Both the position numbers and the translations under genes were made by a program. A stretch of DNA of 64,000 bases from Macrostomum lignano (lineage: Eukaryota), in contig NIVC01002466.1 of NCBI GenBank assembly GCA_002269645.1, forward strand, positions 81,581 through 145,580, written 5' to 3'. The notes beneath the pieces were generated by a model that was given only the letters and a program-made list of their open reading frames with translations, made no database searches and was not told where the DNA came from. Shown one piece after another: positions 39,215 to 51,814 of the stretch. Position 1 is the stretch's first letter. Each line of letters opens with the position of its first letter.

Positions 39215-40895
39215 ACTATGTTCACCAGCCACCAAAACTGGAGGATCGAACCGCTCTCCCTCTATGGCAAACCCGTTGCCATGGAGAAACAAACCAGATG
39301 TCTGGGTGTCACGCTCAACCACAGGTTGAGTTGGATCCCGCACATCCAAACCAAAGCCCGCAAAGCTCTCGCGACTCTCGCGCAGATCCGCAGAGCTTTC
39401 GGCGCTACCTGGGGCCTCACCCCGCCGCCTCTGGTGGATCTACACTGCCATTGTTAGACCGGCCATCTCGTTCGCCGGCTTCATTTGGAACAGTGCCCTA
39501 GAGGTGAAAGGGGTTCTTGGTTCTAAATAGGGTGCAAGGCCGCGCTTGTCGAGCTATCATGAGCGCGGCTGCCTCTACGCCCTTCGCTGGCATGAACTCC
39601 TTCCTGGCATTCCCCCCCTCGACCTCTTTGTCAGAGGAGAGGCAATGAAGACCACCCGCCGTCTGCTTAACGCGGGTGTCCAAATCCAGAAGCAGTTCAC
39701 CTTCAGAAAGCGGAACCTCCGGCCGTACGGCGACCTCAGCCTGCGAGACCTGGAACCAGCGGGAGGCCTGCTGATCCTCTCGGACGGAATCCCGTCCACG
39801 CTCTGCCCTCCGCTCAAATTCAAAACCAGCATTCCACCACGTCATGAAGCAAGGGACGATTGGAAATCCCGTGAAATCGCTTCACTGACGGGTCCCAAAT
39901 CAACTCCGCCTCTGGCTACGGCTATTGCATCGTGTCTGGAGGGAGAACTGTGGCGACCTTCTCCCAACACACCGGCACCTGCTCCACCGTCTTCCAGAAC
40001 GAAGTTCTCGCCATTAGCTCCTGCGCCATGGAGCTGTACAATCAGCGCGTCTGGGGGAAGGAGATTACCCTCCACTCGGACAGTCAAGCGGCGATTCACG
40101 CCCTTGAGCACACCACCACCTGCTCGCGTACAGTCCTCGAGTGCATCGGGCAGCTCAACCGCTTAGGCGCCTCCAACAAGGTGTCCCTAAGGTGGATCCC
40201 CGGGCACTCGGGCCGCCCCGGCAACGAGTTGGCCGATCGCATGGCCAAGGCTGGCTTGACCGGTTCTTTTACTGGTCCCCTGCCCGTGGCCCCACCCCCA
40301 TCGCCGTTGTCACCACTCAGATCAACCAGTGGGTGGCTTCAAAGCACAGGGAGAGGTGGGCTAACGCCCCCGACTGCCGGCAATCCCGTGCAGCTGTCCC
40401 CTGTCCCTCCTCCGCCCTGCGCAAGGCCCTGCTTGGACTCAACCGCAGGGACATCAGGGCGGTGACCATGGCCCTCTCGGGTCATGGCTGTTTTGCCAGG
40501 CATCGCTACCTCCAGGAAAAAATCCGCAGTGAGGAATGCCCTTTCTGCCTCTCCGGTGTCGAGAATGCGGAGCACTTCATCTGTGAATGCCCCGCCTTTA
40601 CTCAGGACAGGCTCACCTACCTCGGCCCAAACCCGGACCTCTCCGACGTTTTCAGGCCCGAGAATCTCTGCCAGCTCGTCCGCTACCTAAGGGCTACCGG
40701 GCGAGCGACAATCCACCTCCTGGACTCTCTGGAGGGGACCGCGCTGCGGACACCGGCACCACCGGAACTCCCTGCGCAACACCGCAGCACCAGCTGCCCG
40801 TGGTCGCCAGGGCTTAGCGAAATGGGCGGCAACGCCTCCTCGCTGCTTCCGGACGCAGGGAGCCCCTGCAGCTAAGTCAAGTAAGTCAAGTCAAG
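39215..40895 (+). mobile_element. 5'-truncated RNase H-bearing LINE (LOA/R1-like)
   Basis: RCLGVTLNHRLSW..HIQ; WIYTAIVRP; LPGIPPLDL; RNase [33 protein letters not shown]; [16 protein letters not shown]; (TAAGTCAAG)-like tail 40872-40895; frameshifted. Confidence 0.9.
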
Positions 40896-40928
40896 GCCAC
40901 TGATTGTCACACCACAAGCTGCGCATTA

Positions 40929-43900
40929 TCAACAGCTTAGGTTGGCCAGCCGGTTGCGCTTGATCTGGGCGCTTCGCAGTCGGCCATGCACCGTGTCGAA
41001 GGCGCTCTGCAGATTCTGAGTCCGCCGCAGGAAGCCATGATGTCCACCGTCGGCTGCCGGCCGGTCGCCGCTTATCAGCCAGCTGTCGAGAGCCAGCCTC
41101 GGTGGCCAGCCGTGGAGGACCTGGTACGGACTGAGGCCGGTGGTGTTGTGCACGGAGGTGTTGTAGGCCCAGGTCACATACGGCAGCTTGCTGTCCCAGT
41201 CCTGCTGGTTCTCGGCCACCGTCGTCGCCAGCATGTCGTCGAGCGTCTGGTTGCCTCGCTCGACGATTCCGTTGCCGCTCGGATGAAACGGCGACGAGGG
41301 CGTCTTCTCGACGCCCAGCTGCTCGCAGAGCCGGCCGAACACCTCGCTCTCGAATTGCCGTCCCTGGTCACTGTGCAGCACCTGAGGAGCGCCGTGACGC
41401 AGAACCACCGACTTGAGCAGCGCATCCGCCACCGTAACCGCACCAACGGTTACCGCACCGGCAGCCTCAGTACCGGAGCCGTCGTCAGCCGGTCCGTCAA
41501 CTTGCGGAACGCTCGCTCGCAGTCGCTGCTCCACGCGAAGTCCCTCGATTACACGCTGACATCGTGCAGGACCCTCGCCGTCTGGCTGATGCCTGGGATG
41601 AACCGGCGGTAGAACCCCAGCATTCCGAGAAACCGCTTCACCTCCTCGGTCGTCGTTAGGCTAGGCATGCTGCGAATGGCCTCGACCTTGACGGGATCCG
41701 GTGCGATGCCCTGCTCGCTGATCAGGTGTCCCAGGTACAGCACCCGGCGATGGCTGAACGCGCTCTTGGCCTTGTGCAGCTTGAGTCCTGCGTCTCGCAA
41801 CCACTTAAAAACTTCCGCCAGCCTCTCTAAGTGCTCGTCGAACGTCCTGCTGAAGACAATGATGTCGTCGATGTAAGTCAGCACGGACTGCCAGGACAGA
41901 CCGAACATCGCCAGCTTCATGAGCCACTGGAATGTCGCCAGGGCGTTGCACATCCCGAAGCCCATCTTGCAGAATTGCATCAGGCCGCACGTCAAATAGA
42001 AGGCCGTCTTGTACCGGTCCTCCTCCGCCACCTCCACCTGGTGGTAGCCCTGCCGGCAGTCGATGGTGGAGAACCAAGAGCATCCGACAAGCGCTGCAGG
42101 TGCGGTAGCGGGTACGCGTCCGTGACGGTGCAGGCGTTGAGCTTCCGCCAGTCCGTGCACAGTCTGATGTCGCCGTTCTTCTTGCGTACCACCAGCAGGT
42201 TGCTGGCCCATGGCGATGTCGACGGCTCGATGATTCCGCTGTCCAGCATCTGGCTGATCTTCTTGTCCACCTGGTCTCGCACAGACAGCGGCAGCCGGCG
42301 CGGAACCTGCCGGTGTGGCCGCTCTCCCGGCTCCAGCTCGATCTGGTGCTGCAGCAACGCCGTCGTGCCCAGGTCGTACTCGTGCCTGGCGAACAGGTCC
42401 TCGTTGCGCTCCAGCAGCTGTCGCAGCCTCGCAGCATCCGGTTCAGGCAGCTCCGGGTTGATGTTCCAACCGATGGGGGTCTCCTGGGCCGCCTCCTGGC
42501 GACCGTCCCCGTCTGTCATCGCTCCTTCGAACGTGCCGACCGCCTTGTTGGAGTACAGCAGCACGGGCTACTCTGCCAGGTTGCACATTTTCACCGGGAT
42601 GCGGCAGCCGTCTGAGACCGCCAGCACGCAGGCCGGCAGGACGGCGGTGGACTTCACGAAGTCCTCAGACGGCTCAAAGACTCCCTGCTCGTCGCTGGAA
42701 TCCACCTTGAGCCACACCAGCTTCTCGCGACAGTCTGCTCGAGCCGGCTCGCTGCTGAAAGGCACAGCTGTGCTGTCGAACTTGACGACGCCTTCTTTAA
42801 TGTCGATGGTCATCGCCTGCGACACCTCGCCGATGAAGTTCATGCCGGTGATCAGGCTGGGCTGGATGCCGTCCACGACTGTGAAGCGATGGCACACGCG
42901 GATAGTCTGGCCGATCGAAACATCCGCTGCTGACAGGCCAAGGCAGCGCAGCCGGGATTCGTCGACAGCCATCGGCAGCGCACCGATGTTGGTGGAGTCT
43001 ATCTTGTACGCCAATCTGTCGAACAGCAACTTGTCCATCAACGAAACTTGCGCGCCGGTGTCGAGCAGAGCAGGCGCTGACACGCTGCCAAAGTGCACCT
43101 TCACGAAGACTGAAGGCGCTGATCTGAGGGCTTCTTTTGAGCGGGTCGGTGCTGGCCCCAGGCTGCCGACCCTCGGAAGTTTCCCTGCGGCTGTCTAGTT
43201 GGTGTCGGGCACACCGCGGCGGAATGACCCTTGCCTGAGCACCGGCTGCAGCGGCTGTCGATCGTCTTTGGGCACCGCCTAGCGATGTGACCCGGCTCGC
43301 CGCAGCTGAAGCACTTAATGGGTCCCTTCTGACGCCTGTCTCTTCCGTGTGGTCCCGTTCGCACGCTGGCTGCCAGCTGCTGCATCTGCTGCTCCAGCTT
43401 TCGTCGTCCGGGACGGAGTCGTCCGGGCGGGCCCGAGGGTGGAGAAGCTTCAGGCTGTAGTCGAGCTCCCTCAGCGACTCGTTGGGCTGTCGCTTTCGCT
43501 CTTCAAACTCCTCCATTGCTCTGTAGCAGCTCAGACCTTTGCCAAAACACTCGATCAGCTTCTCCTTCAGCTTTTCATAGCTGACTGACACGTCTGCCGG
43601 CTGCTCCCAGACGAAGATTTGCTCTTCTCCTGTCACCAGCAGTCTCAGCTTCTTTGCCTTCTTCTTGTCGTCCCATTCGCAGTCGTCGGCGAAGTCTTCA
43701 AACGTGCTGAGCCACATTCTCACGGAGTCGCCGCTAAACTTTGAAGGCAATAAACTGGCTTGCTCTGATTTGGCCATGCTGAGACCGCTGCCACCAGTGT
43801 AAGACCGTGGGTTAAGTTGCAGTGAATAACAAAACGTGAGGAGACCTCACTGGCTCACGCCAATATATTTATTGCCAAAGTTGGGGTGGGTGCAACCACC

Positions 43901-43979
43901 CTAAGCACACACGCTGCAGCGCAAAACCCAACCCCAAGACAAGCCAGACGTGCACATCCAAGTGCCAGACTACACTACA
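40929..43979 (-). mobile_element. gag-pol: Ty3/Gypsy element, internally deleted: 5' LTR, PBS, gag (2x CCHC), protease, RT, integrase; RNase H and 3' LTR missing
   Basis: Gag PSKFSGD..W..FE; CFSCGEPGHIARRC and CSRCSGKGHSAAVC; LLDTGAQVS; YPLP..IDCRQGYHQV..GFGMCNA..YIDDIIVF; LHSDQGRQFES..PFHPSGNGIVER. LTR 43798-~43979 with TGTA..TACA ends and AATAAA. Confidence 0.93.
43784..43796 (-). promoter_or_regulatory. Primer-binding site complementary to the tRNA-Leu 3' end
   Basis: TGGTGGCAGCGGT one base after the LTR end; complement of ACCGCTGCCA+CCA, the tRNA-Leu(AAG/TAG) 3' end as I recall it. Confidence 0.85.
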
Positions 43980-44484
43980 GTGCATATATCGATTTTATAC
44001 ACCTTTCTACTCTGCTTATCCTACTGTGGGTACATGTACACGATATTGCAGAAGTCACACAAGCGCTGCAAGAAATATTTCAATTGTTAAAAATAGACAG
44101 TAACTACCTAAAGTTAAACATGTACAATTATGCGCATGAGCTTGTGTACATGTGTACAAGCGTACATTATGTAAATGTATGTGGCGCTTTCATCAATAAG
44201 ACCTTTTCATTGCAAAACAAAACTATATTTCTCAGTTTTCGCACAAGCACATCCCAATTGTCACCTAGCTTCTCTTTGTCGTGCTATGATAAAAATGGCA
44301 CAAATCAACACTATGATAAAAAAGAGAAAAGAACACAGATAATCTGATTTAAAAACATTTCCACAAGATTTAGCAACAGTCGCAAAAACTAACCTAACAA
44401 CTGAACACCTACAAGCCAATTTATGCTTTATTGTGACGAAAATATTAAGTATGCAGAAGGTATTACATACTCGTGCTCTGCGGT

Positions 44485-45810
44485 ACGACAGTCTTTTGGT
44501 CAGACATTCCACACTCAGCTACCGCCACCTTCTCACCCTCTGCTACCGCCACCTTCTCACTCTCAGCTGCCGCCACCTTCTCACTCTCAGCTACCGCCAC
44601 CTTCTCACTCTCAGCTGCCGCCACCTTCTCACTCTCAGCTACCGCCACCTTCTCACTCTCAGCTACCGCCACCTTCTCACTCTCAGCTGCCGCCACCTTC
44701 TCACTCTCAGCTGCCGCCACCTTCTCACCCTCTGCTACCGCCACCTTCTCACTCTCAGCTGCCGCCACCTTCTCACTCTCAGCTGCCGCCACCTTCTCAC
44801 TCTCAGCTGCCGCCACCTTCTCACTCTCAGCTACCGCCACCTTCTCACTCTCAGCTACCGCCACCTTCTCACTCTCAGCTGCCGCCACCTTCTCACTCTC
44901 AGCTACCGCCACCTTCTCACTCTCAGCTACCGCCACCTTCTCACTCTCAGCTGCCGCCACCTTCTCACTCTCAGCTGCCGCCACCTTCTCACTCTCAGCT
45001 GCCGCCACCTTCTCACACTCAGCTACCGCCACCTTCTCACACTCAGCTGCCGCCACCTTCTCACTCTCAGCTACCGCCACCTTCTCACTCTCAGCTGCCG
45101 CCACCTTCTCACTCTCAGCTACCGCCCCCTTCTCACTCTCAGCTACCGCCACCTTCTCACTCTCAGCTACCGCCCCCTTCTCACTCTCAGCTACCGCCAC
45201 CTTCTCACTCTCAGCTACCGCCACCTTCTCACTCTCAGCTGCCGCCACCTTTTCACTCTCAGCTGCCGCCACCTTCTCACTCTCAGCTGCCGCCACCTTC
45301 TCACTCTCAGCTGCCGCCACCTTCTCACTCTCAGCTACCGCCACCTTCTCACTCTCAGCTACCGCCACCTTCTCACACTCAGCTGCCGCCACCTTCTCAC
45401 TCTCAGCTGCCGCCACCTTCTCACTCTCAGCTACCGCCACCTTCTCACTCTCAGCTACCGCCACCTTCTCACACTCAGCTGCCGACGACAGTCTTTTGGT
45501 CAGACATTCCACACTCAGCTACCGCCACCTTCTCACTCTCAGCTACCGCCACCTTCTCACTCTCAGCTACTGCCACCTTCTCACTCTCAGCTACCGCCAC
45601 CTTCTCACTCTCAGCTACTGCCACCTTCTCACTCTCAGCTACTGCCACCTTCTCACTCTCAGCTACCGCCACCTTCTCACACTCAGCTGCCGCCACCTTC
45701 TCACTCTCAGCTGCCGCCACCTTCTCACTCTCAGCTACTGCCACCTTCTCACTCTCAGCTACCGCCACCTTCTCACTCTCAGCTGCCGCCACCTTCTCCC
45801 GCTCTCCCCG
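44485..45810 (+). repeat. 24-bp minisatellite GCT(A/G)CCGCCACCTTCTCACTCTCA, ~54 units in two blocks
   Basis: Direct repeats; header ACGACAGTCTTTTGGTCAGACATTCC at 44485 and 45485. Confidence 0.97.
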
Positions 45811-46615
45811 CCTTTTGCGAAAATCAGATATGGCTTTGTGAGTGCATGGCTTTTGTGTTATGGCTATTGGTGACTAGGGAAACTAACGGTGGCCGGCGGT
45901 ACTACTGCATGCATACAGTACAGGAGCAGGAAACTTACAAGCCATGGCTAAAAGTAGAACAAGGGTAAGAGTACAGGTAACCAAAGTTAAAAAGTTGACT
46001 GAAAATAGAGCTAAACTGAACCGTCAATTATACGAGTTTTCCTTTGCTGACAGCTTAAGACAGAATCCTTACAATGACTGTTTCATCCTGAGCTAACTTT
46101 TATACTGAAGTACGAGCTACGACAACCGCATTGCTGAAGGGTATGGTACGCTTTGCACCGACTGAAGCGTTCGCTCGAGGCGGCTGCTTAAGCGGAACCA
46201 GCTGCAGTCTTTTGCCGGCCGTAGCGTTTGCACCTGATAGCTCGTATCAGCGCATCAGCGCACACGGTCGCGGTACGTGCAAACTTATTCCAGCTCAGTG
46301 TGCACACATAGTAGAAAGCTTGGATAGTTTTTGTAGGTGAACTCCTGCTTGCATGGTGCTAGACCAATCGCGCCAGAGACCATAGCAAAGATGCCAATGG
46401 TTCAGCAGCTGGGCTCTACCGGTAGCTTTCTCTGAAGGACGAATGTGCTTTCAATAAGCTGAGCTGCTCGGTACTAATACGAGAATACTTTAGCACGGGG
46501 CAGAGCAGCAGGGTAGAGCAGACAGCAAGGAGCACAGCAAGGGAAGGAGCAAGGTAGAGCAGACAGTAGGGGTCAGAGCAAAAAGACAGAGCAGGGAGCA
46601 AAATAGCAAGCCAGG

Positions 46616-49245
46616 AGGGAGGGAAGCTGTGGGTCAGGGGGAGGGAAGCTGCGGGTCAGGAGGGAAGCTGCGGGTCAGGAGGGAAGCTGCGGGTCAGGGG
46701 GATTGAAGCTGCGGGTCAGGGGGAGGGAAGCTGCGGGTAAGGGGGAGAGAAGCTGCGGGTCAGGAGGGAAGCTGCGGGTCAGGAGGGAAGCTGCGGGTCA
46801 GGGGGATTGAAGCTGCGGGTCAGGGGGAGGGAAGCTGCGGGTAAGGGGGAGAGAAGCTGTGGGTCAGGAGGGAAGCTGTGGATCAGGGAGAGAGAAGCTG
46901 TGGGTCAGGAGGGAAGCTGCGGGTCAGGGGGATTGAAGCTGCGGGTCAGGGGGAGGGAAACTGCGGGTCAGGGGGATTGAAGCTGCGGGTCGGGGGATTG
47001 AAGCTGCGGGTCAGGGGGATTGAAGCTGCGGGTCAGGGGGAGGGAAGCTGCGGGTAAGGGGGATTGAAGCTGCGGGTCAGGGGGAGGGAAGCTGCGGGTC
47101 AGGAGGGAAGCTGCGGGTCAGGGGGATTGAAGCTGCGGGTCAGGGGGAGGGAAGCTGCGGGTCAGGGGGAGGAAAGCTGCGGGTCAGGAGGGAAGCTGCG
47201 GGTCAGGAGGGAGAGAAGCTGCGGGTCAGGGGGAGGGAAGCTGCGGGTAAGGGGGATTGAAGCTGCGGGTCAGGGGGAGGGAAGCTGGGGGTCAGGGGGA
47301 GGGAAGCTGCGGGTCAGGAGGGAAGCTGCGGGTCAGGAGGGAAGCTGCGGGTCAGGAGGGAAGCTGTAGATCAGGGAGAGAGAAGCTGTGGGTCAGGAGG
47401 GAGGGAAGCTGTGGGTCAGGGGGAGGAAAGCTGCGGGTCAGGAGGGAAGCTGCGGGTCAGGGGGATTGAAGCTGCGGGTCAGGGGGAGGGAAGCTGCGGG
47501 TCAGGAGGGAAGCTGCGGGTCAGGGGGATTGAAGCTGCGGGTCAGGGGGAGGGAAGCTGCGGGTAAGGGGGAGGGAAGCTGGGGGTCAGGGGGAGGGAAG
47601 CTGCGGGTCAGGAGGGAAGCTGCGGGTCAGGAGAGAAGCTGCGGGTCAGGAGGGAAGCTGCGGGTCAGGAGGGAAGCTGTAGATCAGGGAGAGAGAAGCT
47701 GTGGGTCAGGAGGGAGGGAAGCTGTGGGTCAGGGGGAGGAAAGCTGCGGGTCAGGAGGGAAGCTGCGGGTCAGGGGATTGAAGCTGCGGGTCAGGGGGAG
47801 GGAAGCTGCGGGTCAGGAGGGAAGCTGCGGGTCAGGGGGATTGAAGCTGCGGGTCAGGGGGAGGGAAGCTGCGGGTAAGGGGGAGGGAAAGGGGGGCCGT
47901 AGCCCAGCGGTAGCGCAGCTGCTCTGGTGTGCCGCGACCCAGGCTCGATTCCAAGTGCAGCCACATTAATTTGGGGCTGGATTGGAATCTTGGCTTGGCT
48001 CGCTTGTGCAATTAACGGCCTTGAGAGCCAACCCCCCCCCCCCAAGGCACAGGTGAAGTGTACATGCCTAACAATTGATAAAAGTTAGGGCCGCTGTACA
48101 CTCCTGTGTGAGTCTGTGCCTGCGTAACGTATCCGCGCGCTTGTATGCCTGCTCAGGGGAGTCGGCGGAATGGGAAGTAATGCCTCTCGCCGGTTGTGTG
48201 CCTATGTCGCTTAAAGTACGCCAGGGTGCACACAACCCCCCTGCCTCTAAAATAAAAAAAAGGGGGGAGGGAAGCTGTGGGTCAGGAGGGAAGCTGTAGA
48301 TCAGGGAGAGAGAAGCTGTGGGTCAGGAGGGAGGGAAGCTGTGGGTCAGGGGGAGGAAAGCTGCGGGTCAGGATGGAAGCTGTGGGTCAGGGGGGAGCGA
48401 AGCTGTGGGTCAGGAGGGAAGCTGCGGGTCAGGAGGGAGAGAAGCTGCGGGTCAGGGGGAAGCTGTGGGTCAGGAGGGAGAGAAGCTGCGGGTCAGAGAG
48501 AGAGAGAAGCTGTGGGTCAGGGAGAGAGAAGCTGTGGGTCAGGGGAGGGAAGCTGCGGGTCAGGAGGGGGAGAAGCCATGGGTCAGGAGGGAGGGAAGCC
48601 ATGCGTCAGGAGGGAGGGAAGCTGCGGGTCAGAGAGAGAAGCTGTGGGTCAGGGAGAGAGAAGCTGTGGGTCAGGACGGAGGGAAGCTGTGGGTCAGGGA
48701 GAGAGAAGCTGTGGGTCAGGGGGAGGGAAGCTGCGGGTCAGGAGGGGGAGAAGCCATGGTTCAGGAGGGAGGGAAGCCATGGGTCAAGGGGAGGGAAGCT
48801 GCGGGTCAGGAGGGGGAGAAGCCATGGGTCAGGAGGGAGGGAAGCCATGGGTCAGGAGGGAGGGAAGCCATGGGTCAGGAGGGAGGGAAGCCATGGGTCA
48901 GGAGGGAGGGAAGCCATGGGTCAGGAGGGAGGGAAGCCATGGGTCAGGAGGGAGGGAAGCCATGGGTCAGGAGGGAGGGAAGCCATGGGTCAGGAGGGAT
49001 TGAAGCAATGGGTCAGGAGAGAGGGAAGCCATGGGTCAGGAGGGATGGAAGCTGTGGGTCAGGAGGAAGGGAAGCCATGGATCAGGAGGGGAGAAGCCAA
49101 GAGTCAGGAGGAGGGAAGCCATGGGTTAGGAGGGAGGGAAGCCATGGGTCAGGAGGGAGGGAAGCCATGGGTCAGGAGGGAGGGAAGCCATGGGTCAGGA
49201 GGGAGGGAAGCTGTGGGTTGGGAGGGAGGGAAGCCAAGGGTCAAG
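46616..49245 (+). repeat. G-rich satellite, 17-22-bp unit GAGGGAAGCTGCGGGTCAG(G/GGG)
   Basis: Direct repeats with extreme purine skew; variants GCTGCGGG, GCTGTGGG, GCCATGGG. Confidence 0.97.
47897..48258 (+). mobile_element. Apparently full-length tRNA-derived SINE (~360 bp) inserted in the satellite
   Basis: A-box-like TAGCCCAGCGGTAG, B-box GGCTCGATTCC, A-rich tail AAAATAAAAAAA, candidate TSD AAAGGGGGG (47888-96 / 48259-67). Confidence 0.82.
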
Positions 49246-51814
49246 AAGGAGCAAAGCTAGTAGTTGAAAGCAAGGGCAGTTAGAGGTCAAGAGAGAGTGA
49301 AACCAGGGGTTAGGAAACAAGGAAACCAAGGGCCAAATAGGTGGAAAGCATGGGATTAGGAAGGGGAGCAAAGTATAGGGAGTAAAAGTGTAGTAATACT
49401 ATTAATAATTAACTGACACAAGGCTTTTAACCATAGAACAAAATTACTTAAGTGATGAGGTCGCACTCCTTTTTCAAATCTCACGCTCGCACATGGGTTC
49501 CAAACTTGTTAGCCTACTAACAGCAGGCTACGGGGATTTTTCTTCTTTTTATGTAATTTTCCTAGAATTCGTACTAGTAGGATTTGTGTAGCTATATGGT
49601 TTTGCCATACTTGCAGTCATTATAACAAAGGCGCGGTTTTCGCTACTTTTCGGTCATAAATCATTGCTTGTGAGCACGTCTGACAGCCACCTGCGCCTCA
49701 CTCAGTGTTGGGGCTGGCGACAGATGGTCTGTGAGGATGCGGGCGGCAGCTTTTTTCTCATCATTTTTGACAGGCCATCAGATTTATGAAATCAGGGCCT
49801 ATTGTTCGCGTTCCCTCAAGCGATGACAGCTCTGACATCTACGCGTTTTACCCCTAAAAGTACTTTGGGATTAGCGATTAGCGATTTCTCTTCACCATAA
49901 TCACCTTCTACTTAATAAGATCTTTCTAATGCATTTTTTCATTGATTTTTGTAATTCCTACGCGAAAAGTCATAAATCATAATTTAGCGATTTTTAGTGA
50001 TTTATGACAACACATCAAAAGTGATTTATGACTCAACCTTCGGGCTCGACCCACTTTACTTTGGCGGCTCCCATTCTGGAGTCACGACCGTTGTCTCTTG
50101 ATCCCCGGATTGCGACACCCCCCTCATCATCGCAAGGACGTCTCCCCCGGTCGATTGCATCAAGCATCGAGGTTAAGAGCATCACCTTCTTCTAGCTATC
50201 TGAAGCGATTGTGACAGCATCATCCCGGGCCTACAGCTGCGAAGCACTAAGCCGATTCGGTCACTGTGGATTACTTGGTCTCCGGCTGTTGAGTTTCTGA
50301 TTGGTTGGGTGAGAGGCTACCTAGATTTGCTTGATTGGGTGATTCCTTATCTGTCCCCTATTTAAGTAGCTGGATTGGGCGCACGCTTTTGCTAATTTTG
50401 TCCAGTAGTGCTGTTATTGAAGCAGAAATCATTCAATAATACTGTTAATAGTCTAATTTCTCTAACTCAATCTGAGGTGTGAAGTGATTCAGTGAGAAGA
50501 TTAAATCTGATAGGTTTTGCCATTGCCATGGTTTTATTTCTTTGTTCCCCGATGGCCCAGATAAGGAGCTAAGCTAGTAGGCGCCGGTCACAGTGGACCA
50601 ATGGCAAGGCAGTTCTCAGTCGACCAATCTATCAAATCGGTTAGCAAAATCGCCAATAGTGCAAAATCGGCGCTAGAGGTGTACTTCCGTGCACTCTAGT
50701 AGTAGGGGAAATGTGGACTCTGCCGCAGGAATTTCCGTGGGAAAACCACGGCCCTATAGTGTGTAAACATAGCGCCTATGTAAATGCATTGGTGGACTCT
50801 GCCGCAGGGAAAGCCACGGAATTTCCATGGGGGGGTGGGTCGGAGAGCGAAATATACGGGCTTTTCATATGACCGATTCCAGGACCAGAATCGGTTCGAA
50901 ACTTTTCATATTGTCTGTTCCGTTTTCATAGTCGGTTCCAAAACCGCGATCCGATTCTGGAATTCGGTTCGAGAAATTTTCTCGATCTTTTATCGTATTT
51001 CTATAGAAACGAAAGGACGAATTTGAAATAACATTTCAAACATTTCAAAAGAATACTAGTTTCTAGATTTTAAATGAAAATGTTTTTATCCTTTGAGAAG
51101 TAATTAATCTAATTAGACAAAAATAGAATAGAAAAATTTGACGCTTTTCATTTTCCTACTACTCGATCTTCAATGAAAAAAGCCGAATAGAGCTCTATGT
51201 AAATGGATTGGTGGACTCTGCCGCAGGGGAAAGCAGCATAAGTTCCTGGGAAGCCCAAAACTGACTCTAGAATAGTAAAAAAAACTTCTCTAGCGTACAT
51301 TAACCATAGTTAATTGAAAATTGGGCGAACCTGGCTTCCGATCTCCACAATATTTAAACTTTGTTGGCAGTGGGAATACATAGGCCTATGTTCATGAGTT
51401 CCTCCGCACTTTAGTACGAGTCTCGCAAACTGGACTGAATTTGTTGTGAAAGTGAGCTTGCAAAGCGCCGTTTATTGCCTTGTTATTGTTTTTCTTGATA
51501 CTGCTGATTTGGCCGCGGGAAGTGGGGTGCAGGTCTGGGGTGGAGGTCTTTAAAACTAACTGATGCACGGGACGGGGGGAATGTTATCAGTTTTATTATT
51601 ATTATTGCTCAATAACGGTAAGAAAATAATTAGTGCATACACATATGTAACGTGTAAACATATCTGTATGTGTACATATAGGCGATATTGCCTGGTGATT
51701 TGGATATAAGGACTGAAAAATTCTACTGAGCCATTAAAAATAGATTTTGTTGATATTTAAACGGACTTCGAAATTTCAAATTTTCACAAAAAACCCTTGA
51801 TTAAATTTTAAACC

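Noticed and set aside
41831-43198. 455-aa plus-strand ORF
   Set aside because: Antisense shadow of GC3-rich Gypsy pol; no motifs of its own.
44423-45968. 470-510 aa extensin- or antifreeze-like ORFs
   Set aside because: Open in several frames on both strands because the 24-bp unit lacks stops; no frame-specific signal.
47064-49283. Gly/Arg/Glu-rich ORFs
   Set aside because: By-products of the G-rich satellite.
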